DNA from: Octopus vulgaris
Taxonomy: Eukaryota
Length of the DNA: 64,000 nucleotides
NCBI GenBank assembly: GCA_951406725.2
Contig: OX597824.1
Coordinates: 68,944,001-69,008,000, forward strand
Direction of reading: 5' to 3'
The notes beneath the pieces are model-generated. The model saw only the letters and a program-made list of their open reading frames with translations, was not told the origin of the DNA and did no database searches. A program made the position numbers and the translations under genes. Positions within the stretch are counted from its first letter, which is position 1. Each line of letters opens with the position of its first letter. Positions 52,514-64,000 of this stretch are shown here, in pieces.

Positions 52514-52846
52514 AAGGCGCATGGCTCAGTGATTAGAGCGTCGATCTTACGATCGTGAGGTTGTGAGCTCGAGTCACGGACCGAGCTGCGTGTTGTGTTC
52601 TTGAGCAAGGCACTTTATTTCACGTTGCTCCAGTTCACTCAGCTGTAGAAATGTGTTGCGACGTCACTGGTGCCAAGCTGTATCGACCTTTGTCTTTCCC
52701 TTGGATAACACTGGTGGCGTGGATAGGGGAGGCTGGTATGCATGGGCGACTGCTGGTCTTCCATAAACAACCTCGCCCGGACTTGTGTCTAGGAGGGTAA
52801 CTTTCTAGGTGCAATCCCATGGTCTGTGTCGTGACCGAATGGGGTC
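52514..52846 (+). mobile_element. SINE family A, full length
   Basis: GGCGCATGGCTCAGTGATTAGAGCG head, core, tail GTGACCGAATGGGG. Confidence 0.92.
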
Positions 52847-53297
52847 TCCGAATGATTTGAGAGTATTTGTTTATTATTTCACACAAGTCGAAACTCACTT
52901 AGAGGTTACCACATGAGCTCATTCAAATACACTTGCATTGCTATGGAATGGATTAAAAAAAACTGCCTCACGATCTGTGTGCTCCCTAAGCTGGTTATAT
53001 AGGGTGAAGCCATATAGGACTTCATATATACTGAAATGTTACATGTCGCTGAATACAGAAACATATGTAACAGTTGAAATATAGGATAGCCAAGTCAAAA
53101 CATGTTCTTTTTACTTGTTATTCCTGCAATCGATGGCTTGAGTTTAATCCGACTATCACTTGAGCCGAAACGCAAACGGTTTCATTGTCGTACACTGAGC
53201 GCATCGGATCATACACACACACACACACACACATTTGTAAGTTTGTGTGTGTCTGTATGCGCGCGTGTGTACGAATAAGCCACATTAATAATTTGTA

Positions 53298-53374
<77 letters not shown>

Positions 53375-53391
53375 GTCTGTATGTCTGTCTG

Positions 53392-53458
<67 letters not shown>

Positions 53459-53467
53459 GTCTGTATG

Positions 53468-53528
<61 letters not shown>

Positions 53529-53545
53529 AGATAGATAGCCGTGAT

Positions 53546-53921
53546 AGGCGTAGATGTAGCTGATGGTAAGAAGCTTACTTCCTAACTGCAGGGTTCCGAG
53601 TACAATCCCACAGCGAGTCACATTGGGCAAGAGTCTAATCCGACCGAAGCCTTGTGAATGGATTTGGTAAACGGAAACTGAAAGAAGCCAGTCGTATAAA
53701 GTATTAAACACCGAGCAGACCCAACTACTCATTAAATAAACTCACCACCGCTTGAAAACTGGTGATGATGTGCTTACATCCTAGTAACTTGGTAGTTCAC
53801 CAAAAGATACCGATAAAAATAAGCACCATGCTTAAAAAAGTACTGGGGTCGATTTATTTATTGGACTAAAATTTTTCAAGATGGTTCTCCAGCATGGCCG
53901 CACTCTAATGACTGAAACAAA
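53546..53921 (+). mobile_element. SINE family B (diverged)
   Basis: Head to CCAGCATGGCCGCAC..GACTGAAAC tail. Confidence 0.8.
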
Positions 53922-53988
53922 TATGATATATGTTTGTATGTATGTATGTATGTATGTATGTATGTATGTATGTATGTATGTATCTGTA

Positions 53989-54033
<45 letters not shown>

Positions 54034-54289
54034 TCATATATACACACATATATGCAAATAAATGCATATGCTCGAAATACGAGAGTAGAAAAACAGCCAA
54101 CAACTGATGAAGGGTCGTTCTTTACGTTGTTTGTCTTGTTTTCCATTTATGTCTTCCGTTGTTCGAAAAAAAATATCATATTCCATGTACTCGTACTTCG
54201 TATTTTCTTGTACACGTTTCGTGACGTCCTGTGCCCACAAAAGCATATATATACATATAGCTGTAAGTATGCACATATACGTATGTATA

Positions 54290-54331
<42 letters not shown>

Positions 54332-54448
54332 CACACATACATATACATATACATACACATACATATATGTATGTATGAATATAAATACGTATATAAATAT
54401 GTGCATGTATGTGTGTGTCTGTATGTGTGAGTGATTGAGTGTGTGTGT

Positions 54449-54484
<36 letters not shown>

Positions 54485-54599
54485 TTCCCTCATACCAACA
54501 ATCTGTCACTCTACAAGTGTTAAATACATTAGTACGGCGGCAATAGACATGCTGCTGTACTAGTGAGACGTGAATAATTAACGAGGTACATTGATAAAG

Positions 54600-55515
54600 T
54601 GGAGATGATTTGTGTCAGTGATGTGATGCTGTTGTTGTTGTTGTTGTTGTTGCTATTGTTGGCGGTGTTGGTGGTGGTGTTGGTGGTGGTGTTGGTGGTG
54701 GCGGTCATAGCATTGCAGTTATTATAGATAGTTCTAATAGGGATCTAAGTCTTAGGGGTGGTAGTAGCTAGGTCTTTGTCGTGTTGGTGGTGCTGAATTG
54801 TTGGTGATGTAGGGGTGGCTGTAGCATAAATGTTATGGTGGTGGTGGTGGTGGTGGGGGCGCTATAGCTGCTGCTGCTGGTGATGGTAGTGGTGGAGACA
54901 GTGACGGTGGTGGTGATGATAGAGGTGGTGGTGGTGGTGATGGTGGTGATGATGGTGGTGTTGGTGTTGGTGATGCTGATACTGCTGCTGCTGCTGGTGG
55001 TGGTAGTGGTGATGATGATAATAGTGGTATGGTAGTGGTGGTGGTGGTGGAGATAGAGGTGGTGGTGTTGTAGCTGATAATGGTGGTAGTGGTGGCAGTG
55101 TTGGTGATGGTGGTGATGTAGGATGTTGGAAAGGTAGCGAACTGGCAGAAACGTTAGCACACCGGGCGAAATGCTTATTTAGTTTGTCTTTACGTTCTGA
55201 GTTCAAATTCTGCCAAGACTGACTTTGCCGTTCATCCTTTCGGGATCGATAAATTAAGTACCAGTTCCGTACTGGGGTTGATCTAATCGACTGGCTCACT
55301 CCCCCAAAATTTCGGGCAATGTGCCTAGCATAAAAAAGAATGGTAGTATAGGTGCAGTGGAAGTAGTGATGGCGGTAGTTATGGTAGTGGTCGTAATCGT
55401 TATGGTCTTGGTAGTGGAGGTACTTATGGTGGTGGTGGTGATGGTGGTGGTGGTAGTGGTGGTGCTTGTGCTGGTGGTGATGATGGTGGTAGTGGTGATG
55501 GTGGTGGTGGTGGTA
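54600..55515. repeat. GGT-rich low-complexity tract containing SINE C (55132-55340, plus)
   Basis: Degenerate (GGT)n; SINE C core present. Confidence 0.8.
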
Positions 55516-55524
55516 ATATATATG

Positions 55525-55565
<41 letters not shown>

Positions 55566-56327
55566 TTATCTATATATATATATATATTGATGAGGATGAT
55601 TGCCTCATCTTGTCTGATACTGGAAGTGGTTATTTATATGCGTACAGTTGTATAAATTTAAGGATGAAAGAGTGTTAAGTGTTCTTTGGAGCGTGCAGCT
55701 GCGGAACATTAAAAGTTGGAGAAAGTTTGAGAAAGTTGAGTTGAGAAATGAGAAAGGAGTTCTGATAAATTGGTAAAAATCTGAGAAATAGATAAAGTTG
55801 CTAATAAATCTGTAAAAAGTGTTCAGGATGAGGATATAATCAAAAAGAATAAAAAAAAATAACAATAGATGCCAAAGTTTGCACAATAGTTGTTATTGGA
55901 AAAAAAAGGAAATTGGCTGACGGAAGTGGAATAGAAGACCAAAAGTGATGTTTTTTGAGAGAATAATGGATACAAAAGGAGGAAGCAGTAGCAGAACATG
56001 AATGCACGCACAAGTGTGTGTGTGTTTGTGTTTGTGCGTGTGTATCTGTGTTGGTAGATTGGCTACAGAGTGAGTAATGGCCAAGCAGAATTAACAGGTG
56101 GAAGGGGAAAGAGAATTGGGTTATTTAAATGTACCAGTAAAATCAAGGAGTGTCGAATTTATGCGTGATATTGTTTGTAAGTGACCGTGTATGCTTCTGT
56201 GTGCGTGAGAGAATGGTGAGTAGGTGTGTTTGTGTGTTTGTCCGTTTGCTAGTAGGTGTGCGTGTGTGTCAAAGAGAAAAAAAATGGTGTATATAGAGGG
56301 GGGCATATGTGTACGTTTATGTACATA

Positions 56328-56712
56328 CTAGCAGTATTGTCCGGCGTTGCTCGGGTTTGTAAGGGAAATAACTATAAAGCATTTTTAGAGAGTTATAGCC
56401 AAAAAATAGCAAAAAAATGGAAAAAAAATTATGGTAAATTTTTTTTTGAGAGTTAAAAAGATCGAGTTGCGTCCCCTAGACAGTCTGTGGTTTGTGTTTC
56501 TGATTCTCGACCCCATGTCGAATTTATCGATTCTTTTCAGAACTGGGGGAACTTTTCAAAATTTTCGCTGCGTTAGTTTTGAATTATGACATTGGGCTAT
56601 GTGTGTGTCAAGTTTCATCAGAATCGGTTGAAAGCCGTGGTCAGGGTGAGGGTACAACCTAACAGACACACAGACACGCATACAGACAAACTGCCGTTTA
56701 TATAGAGAGAGA
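56328..56712 (-). mobile_element. Non-autonomous Helitron, complete
   Basis: Minus strand A|TCTCTCTCTATATAAAC 5' end; 3' hairpin CCCGAGCAACGCCGGA then CTAG|T. Confidence 0.88.
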
Positions 56713-56738
56713 TAATTCAAGGATATGTCATGATTAGT

Positions 56739-57068
56739 GAAGACGCGTGGTTTAGTGGTTAGGGTATTCGGCTCGTGATCGCAAGGTCTTGAGTTCAATT
56801 CTCAGTGACGCGTTGCATCCTTGAGCAAAACATTTTTTTTTGTTTTGCATTCCTCCAGTCCATTCAGGTGGCAAAAATATGAGTAGTGCCTGTATTTCAA
56901 AGAATTAAACTTGTCCCACTCTGTGCCATGCTGAATCTCCCTGAGAACTACATAAAGGGTACACGTGCCTATAGGTTGCTCAGCCACATGCACGTTAATT
57001 TCACGAGCCGGCTATTCTGTTGATCGGATCAACTGGAACCTTCGTCGTCGTAACCGACAGAGTACCAG
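56739..57068 (+). mobile_element. SINE family A2
   Basis: Match to 13294-13615. Confidence 0.9.
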
Positions 57069-57583
57069 TTATAAATCATAACGCGAAGCGTGTATATTCG
57101 AGAGAGTGACAGCGAATGCTTTTATGCATATACTACCTCTGTGGTTATCCTTGCTCGTGGGTATGAGTGTGTCAACGTTATAGTGTGTGTGTGTGTGACT
57201 GATTGTAGTTTGTCGAAGACACCAAATATTACGTGAAATAGGGTTATGTGTGAGCATAAGTGCGTATAACTTGAGAGTGTGAACGTTTCGGGGACGAGAT
57301 GTGTGAAACAACGGTGTGTGTAAGTAATATATATTTGGATGTGAGTTAGTGTCTGTGTCTAGGGTGGTGCGTAAGAGTGGATTGAAGATGCGTATTCTGT
57401 GAGTGGCGGAAGGGGATACCAGGTGTGATGGAATTGGTGTGTGGAGGCGGAGCTCATCGGAGAAGGAAAGTGAGGAGGGGGGGAGTCAAAAAGGATAAGG
57501 TGGATGATTCTGGAATAATTGACACATGTGTGCGTTTATATAAGCCCACACACATGTACATATACATTCATATACGTATACAG

Positions 57584-57663
<80 letters not shown>

Positions 57664-57941
57664 GTGTGTGTGTGTATATAGATGTATGTACAGGTACCTT
57701 ATTATACAGGTGTTTGATATTTGAATCTATTCATATGTGTATGTTTAAGTGAACATGTTCGTGTATCCACATACACACACGCACACACACACATGTATAC
57801 GCATACGTTTCCATATACATGAATACAACCGCATAAACACATAAATGCGATTGGATATACCCATATATATATGTATAAATTGATACATATATTTATACAA
57901 TATGTAGATATACACACACTGACGTCCACACACACATACAA

Positions 57942-57985
<44 letters not shown>

Positions 57986-58754
57986 ATATAAGTGCATATA
58001 TATATGTGTGTGTATGTATACATACATACACATTTGTTCACACACTGTATCTACACACACATATATATATACACATATACATACATTCATTCATACATAC
58101 ATACATACGTACATAAATACATACATACATACTCGCACACAAATAAGCACAAATTAGATTACCTACCTATATACTATTTACATAAATGTAAAACGCGTAA
58201 ATGTAGCTAATCTAATTAAATTGTTATTAATATTAATGAAATAGTGTATACGCATAAAATTATTTGATAGATTAATCGATAGATCAGTTACTAAATTGAT
58301 TGTTCTCTCTAGTGAAATGTGTTGCCTAGTGCCTCTCTTAGAAATCTAAGTCTGATTGAAAATCATCATTTGTTTGTGAGAGAAAATAATATTTTTGAAG
58401 CTACAATATGTATCACAAGTGCTGAATATACATTAATGATATTCTTGTGAAACATACACCCATAGATACACATATACATATATACATAAATACACGCGTG
58501 CAAACACACACACACGCACACACACATACAGTGTTATTAATAAATTATGTAACTCTATCTTAGGATGTATAAAATGCATAATTGATAGTGGTCTTTTTTG
58601 ATCATTAGCTTAGAGTACCCAGAATAGTGTGTATATGTGTTTGTATGCATGTATGTATGTATATATGTATGTACGTATGTATGTATGTATGTATGTATGT
58701 ATGTATGTGTATGTGTATGTATGTATGTATATATATGTATATAATCATCATTTA

Positions 58755-59030
58755 TCTCCGTCACGCTTCAGCGATACACTTTCACTCTTTGTGGTAGGTA
58801 CTTACGCAGCCGTGATGAAACATACACATCCTCTCAAAACATCCTACTCCCGATCCATGCAACATCAAAAATTTCACGTCTCGACTGACAGTGGACCATA
58901 CCAGATTTTGGCTGATACTCTATTTCAGCTAAATAGACTGGATCAACACGAAATAAAGTGCCTTGCTCAAGAACTCAATGCCTTGTCCGATCCGAGAATG
59001 AAATCCACAATCCTAGGATCGTCAAAGAGA
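58755..59030 (-). mobile_element. Diverged SINE A-group copy
   Basis: GAAATAAAGTGCCTTGCTCAAGAAC core on the plus strand. Confidence 0.55.
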
Positions 59031-59217
59031 TAAATTTATAAATTATAAGCATTCTTTACTTTCGAGTTCCACGTAAAAACTTAATTCGTTTCTACTTTCT
59101 GAAAGTTTCTAAATTATTATACTATAAGCACCTTACAGTTCTCTCTGGTAAGAACAGAAATGATATGAACACTGGCTAAATGTACTCTTAAAACACACAT
59201 ACATATATTTACATATA

Positions 59218-60060
59218 GGCGCAGGCATGGCTGTAAGGTAAGAAGGAGGTCATATGGGACACTGATCTGTGCAGGATAATGAACTCCTACCCAGAGGAAA
59301 CTTTTAATTTTGTATTAAATCGGCCCGACTTGACACTGTCCAGGTGTTTGACCGAGGCGAGAAGTCTAGTCGGGCAGGAAGGGTTGTAAATATTAAAAAT
59401 AAGAGGCTTGGTGCCTCATTTTTATTGATTAACTGAATTATATTGACTTGTATAAGAGGTTTATTGCCGCACAATGGCGTTTGTGTTGTGAATGTAAGAG
59501 TTTTGCTGCCTCATTAATGTTTTACTTTGAACTGTGTAAGAGGTTTGTTACCTCAAATATGGTATTCATAAAGAACAATGTGCTCGGGTAAACAGCAATC
59601 GGCGGGCGTTGCCTGTTGCCCTTATTATTATCATATCATTTATCATTTCATTTCATTGTGTCTTCGTCCAGCCCGTAGCTTCCTTTCTTCCTAAGGCCTT
59701 TATGGCCAATCTAATGAATAAAAGAAGCTTGCTTCACAACCACATGATTCTGGGTTCATTCCCACTGCGTGGCACCTTGGACAAGTGTCTTCTAATATAA
59801 TCTCGGACTAATCAAAGCCTTGTAAGTGGATTTGGTAGAGGGAAACTGAAAGAAGTCCATATTTATATCTTTGAGTCTGTATTTGTCCCCCACCACCACC
59901 ACCATTGCTTGACAACCGATGTTGGTGTGTTTACGGCCCCGTAACTTAGCGGATAGATAAGTACTAGGCTTACAAAGAACAAGTCCTGGGGTCGATTTTT
60001 CGACTAAAAAGAACTCTTTAAGGTGTTTAAGACTGAAGCAAGTAAAAGAATAAAAGAAAG
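59218..60060 (+). mobile_element. SINE family B containing a nested insertion
   Basis: Head ..GGTAAGAAG resumes as CTTGCTTCACAACCACATG after the insert. Confidence 0.85.
59246..59721 (+). mobile_element. LINE-like 3' end (L1/Tx1-like?) with 6-bp TSD
   Basis: AAGAAG at 59240-59245 and 59722-59727; insert ends AATGAATAAA (last A shared with the TSD). Family assignment is a guess. Confidence 0.6.
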
Positions 60061-61074
60061 AACACGAATACAGTTTTTTAAAATTTATATTAGGTAGAAG
60101 TAACAGAGTGACTCAAGATCCCTGTTCCTTCTGCTTCTTGGGTCACTCTGTTTACTTCCTGCTATATATAGATAAAGAAATACATTGGAACGTCAAAGTT
60201 TGAAGTGTATAATGGTTAACACCGTCTGTCAAGGTCAACAACGATATTGCGTCGTGTACCGATGACAGATTTCGATCGGTTTTTCATTCAGGGGATGGAT
60301 GCAGATGGAATATAAACAAGGCTGACTATAGCACTCACTAGGAAATCTTCAAATTCCACTCTATAATTTGGCTAAACACATTTTTGTCTTTTTCTTCAAT
60401 CAAACATGTACTTGACTCCCTCGATATTCAGACCATGTTCAGGATGCATGAGGGAGAATACTGGAAAACAGTATAACGATTAGGACTATTCCTAGACACT
60501 CGTTTGTTGGCTTAAATAATTTGTTTTCCGCGTCACCCGTGGAACAATGTTTGCTATTGAAAGAAAGAATGTACGTAAAATATATTTTTTGAAAAATGTT
60601 TTTTAGTCGTTTTTTTCTGAAATTACAAATTTTACCAATGGAACATTCAGAAATATTTCTTTAACTAGTCATTACTGAAAGGTTCTCGGCAATAATTTCG
60701 AACTGTGCTTTTAGCGGCTCAAAATTTCTTCAATTCTGTTCAGAGACATCTTGTATTGAGATGAACAATTCTTCGGATATTCATAATGCCTATACTTTGC
60801 ATTCATGTTAGGCAGAGGATCAAGTGTGCTTCAACTTATAAGGACATACTCAAGTCAACTATTCTTTAGTTTTCAAACATATTCCGAAGGAGAGATAGTT
60901 TTTATTTTATCACTAGATCTGAAGGGGTAAAAACACTGGCTAAATGTACTCTTAAAACACATATGCATATAATTACATACAAGAAGACATATTTTGAAAT
61001 TTATATTTGGCAGAAGTAAGAGAGTGACTAAAGGGCCCACATAGTTCTGCTACTTGAGTCACTCTGTTACTTCA

Positions 61075-61115
<41 letters not shown>

Positions 61116-61191
61116 TTTTGAGTTCTATTTTTCCTGTTTGTATCGCAATATATGTATATAATGTATGAATGTGTGTGTGTATATATATATA

Positions 61192-62470
61192 TTGTGTCAT
61201 CCCATTGATAATGTGGTTTTTTCAACTGCATGAACTAAAAGTCGGAAGGGACGGGATAAACTACTTGTATCAACTTGCTATAAAGCAGGTAGTAATTTTA
61301 CCTTCTGCTTATTCTTACTGGAAGTTTTGAAGAGTGCAGTTCTATTTTAACAGTTATTTTTTCGAAGCTATAATGGAAGTGATAAAGGATAATATACGGC
61401 ATATTTTGCTTTATGAGGTCAATAAAGGCAACAACGCAATGGAAAGTGCGAGGAGTATTAATGCAGTATATGGTGATGGCACAATAAGCGTAAGGCAGTG
61501 TCAACGGTGGTTCCAGAAATTCCGAGCCGGAAACTACAGCCTAGAAGACGAGCCTCGTCCTGGAAGATCTGTAGAGCTCGACGAGGACGTCCTGCAAACC
61601 CTGGTGGAACAAAATCCCATCGTAACTGTTGAGGAACTAGCAGAGAAGCTTGGATTTGGTCATTCAACCATTCATCAACACCTGCGTGCCATCGGAAAAG
61701 TCAACAAATTGGGTCAATGGGTTTCTCTCAAAATTTCCGAGTCTAATTGCGTGCAGAGAGTGAATGTGTGAATTTCTTTGCTGTCACATCTCATGAATGA
61801 ACCCTTTTTGGATCGAATAGTGACTTGTGACGAGAAATGGGTTCTCTATAAAAATGTGAAGCGCTGAAAACAGTGGGTAGGGAAAGATGAAACACCGGTA
61901 CCCCAGGCTAAAGAAGTTCTTCATCCACGCGAGGTGTTGTTATCTGTCTGGTCGGATATGAAAGCTTTAGTCCACTTTGAACTTTTAAACCCGAAACAAA
62001 CGATAACAAAGGAGATTTACCGCGAGCAGCTTGAGCGCCTTAAGTCAGCATTAGAAGAAAAACGACCATCTTTGGTTTCAAGTTGAAAGGTGTTCTTACA
62101 TCAGGATAATGCTCCACCACATACAGCGAGGATGACATTCCAAAGGCTGGAGCAGTTTGAATGGGAAACGATGCCCCACCCACCATATTCGCCGGACATT
62201 GCCCCATCTGATTATCATTTATTCCGCAGTCTTCAAAATCATTTGGACGGAAAAAATATGAATTCTGTAGACGAGGTCAGAACAGTACTGGAGGAGTATT
62301 TTTCGTCACGGACAAGTGAATTTTGGAAGAGGGGCCTTGCAAGTCTACCAGATAGATGGAAGAGCATTGTAGAAAATGAAGGAGAGTATATATTAGATGA
62401 ACTTTGTTCATCTTAATTTTGAGAAATAAAAGAAGTATTCAAAAACCGCATTATTTATGGGATGATCCAA
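61192..62470 (+). mobile_element. Full-length mariner (DD34D) transposon, 1279 bp
   Basis: TIRs TTGTGTCATCCCATTGATAATGTGGTTTTT and AAAAACCGCATTATTTATGGGATGATCCAA with TA on both sides. Confidence 0.95.
61373..62416 (+). pseudogene. Mariner transposase pseudogene
   Basis: Single frame of 348 codons; VTCDEKW, HQDNA, YSPDIAPSD (34 residues between the last two Asp); internal TGA at 61769, 61865 and 62084. Confidence 0.93.
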
Positions 62471-62577
62471 TATATACACATATATAAATCTTTCTCTCTC
62501 TCTTCCTCTCTTTCTCTTATTCTCTCCCTCTCCCCCCCCTCTCTCTCTCTCTACACACACACATATATATATACAGT

Positions 62578-62789
62578 GGTTTCAAATTTTGGCACGAGCC
62601 CACCAATTAGGGGGGAAAAGTAAGTCGATTACATTGACCCCAGTGCTCATATGGTAATTATTTTACAGACCTAGAAAGGATGGAAGGCAAAGCCGGCTCC
62701 GGCAGTAATTGAACTCAGAACGTGAGGACGGACGAACTGCCGCTATACATTTTGTTCGGCGTGTTAACGATTCCGCTACCTCACCGCCG
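62578..62789 (-). mobile_element. SINE family C
   Basis: GGCGGTGAGGTAGCGGAATCGTTAACACGCCG head and CCTTCCATCCTTTC core on the minus strand. Confidence 0.85.
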
Positions 62790-64000
62790 TTATATAGTAA
62801 TATATATTACCAATATATGACACGCTCCTTTTATATATACATGTAATATATAATATAATATATATATGTGTGTGTGTATGTGTGTATGTATGTTTGCATG
62901 TATGTATGTATATTTGAGTATGTATATATATTTATATATATATATAGCAAGAAAGAAAGAAGGGGAGAGAGGTAATGAACAGTCTTGGTACAAAAATTAA
63001 ATTTTACTATTTTTCTAAATATGATTTAATAGAGAGATAAAAGTTAATTATCTACAAGATATTTGCTAGTGACATCGTTAATTAGTCTATATTACGTTTT
63101 ATGATGTATGGATGACAAAATATTATTTCATAATTTCTTCTTCTATTAGACATTTCTGTTACTGTAAGTTTCCATCACTAATTCATCAATAAATTTATAG
63201 AATTTTCATCAGAAAAACAAGAATAAAATTGCTGTTTTATGTGACACTGGAGTCGCGTTCAGAAAGGCGCCAACACCGTTAAATATATATATCCTTAGCT
63301 ACTGCTGGGGAAGTTCTGTTACGATTTCTTCTGATAAGTGGATATAAGCGATCGGATAGGCCTTTCGTCACGATTTATCGTTATCTTATTGTAATCCTTA
63401 GTTTGCATTAAAAAGTTGGGTGCAAGGACATGTACCAGAAATAGTAAAATGGTTCCAATTTGCTTCCAAATTGTGCAACAAAACAAAGCGAAGAAAACAT
63501 TCAAAGAATACATCCTGAATCGTCTTTAATGTTGCAGGAATCATAATTTGAACTAAGGAAGATTTACTTAAAGTCATGGTTAGTGATAAAAAGTAATTTA
63601 CATATAATATACTTTACATTCATTGTCAATCAAGGTGAAAGCATAATCCCAACCAATGACCATCCGTTAGATTATGGTAAGAGCTTTTCTTCTGCAAAGA
63701 GAAGGGTATTTGGTTAATACCTCAAAATATGTACATAAACTCTAAATCGTCATGTGTTTCATACTAAAAGTGTAAACACTTACGAGCTTTGATTCATTGT
63801 TGCATCAGCTGCATACAGCGACTTTTTTTACAGCCCGGCAAGCTTTTCACAATACCAGTGAATATACTGGATAGATAACGATGCTCATCCCGTAGCCTTG
63901 ATCGTAAAGAACATGAACAGGATCATATAGAAAAGAAAATTGCTTCTTATAAATACTAATATCGGATTTAAAAGAAAAGGTACTGAAGGTTTGGACGAAG

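Larger units (their letters stand above)
59169..61076. repeat. Direct terminal-type repeats ending in a long hairpin (59169-59216 plus 60063-60165; 60931-61076)
   Basis: AACACTGGCTAAATGTACTCTTAAAACAC and GAAGTAA.AGAGTGACT..GTCACTCTG..TACTTC each occur twice; the first copy is split by a SINE. Confidence 0.75.

Noticed and set aside
53120-54110. Partial hammerhead-like pieces (GCCGAAACG near 53165; GCTCGAAA and CTGATGAAGG near 54070-54110)
   Set aside because: Core halves cannot be assembled into a complete fold.
55900-56085. CCAAT and ETS-like motifs suggesting a promoter
   Set aside because: Short motifs expected by chance, and no associated exon is visible.
61769-62086. Three TGA stops as selenocysteine, readthrough or editing-rescued codons
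   Set aside because: Two fit CGA-to-TGA CpG decay at basic positions, other conserved motifs are also mutated, and I saw no SECIS.
63300-64000. Possible decayed reverse transcriptase on the minus strand
   Set aside because: Similarity too weak to support by eye; needs a translated search.

Overview
Eukaryotic, AT-rich, extremely microsatellite-dense DNA ((TA)n, (CA)n, (TCTA)n, (TACA)n, (TAA)n, ACC/GGT tracts). The SINE families and repeat landscape point to an octopus genome (inference from my recollection of octopod repeats). I find no credible intact host protein-coding exon: almost all long ORFs in the track are translated microsatellite or low-complexity DNA. The window is a transposon graveyard. 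It holds about 30 tRNA-derived SINE copies (labelled A, A2, B, C, D here), a cluster of R4/Dong-type REL-endonuclease retrotransposons in and around (TAA)n tracts (41.4-47.5 kb, plus 0.7 and 29.7 kb), two CR1-group LINE 3' ends, several decayed Penelope-like element (PLE) ORFs and termini, two complete non-autonomous Helitrons, hAT/pogo/mariner MITEs, DD37D remnants and one full-length DD34D mariner pseudogene. The most interesting signals are: (i) several type I hammerhead-ribozyme folds in PLE-type termini, including a family that appears to carry a non-canonical A6U core; (ii) a non-coding ~0.5 kb element found twice, each time inside (TAA)n; (iii) a SINE/LINE shared 3' hairpin with compensatory changes; (iv) two local templated-insertion scars with direct plus inverted segments; (v) a mariner/REL-retroelement chimera and a LINE 3' end nested in a SINE head. 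All alignments and folds were done by eye, and boundaries of decayed elements are approximate.
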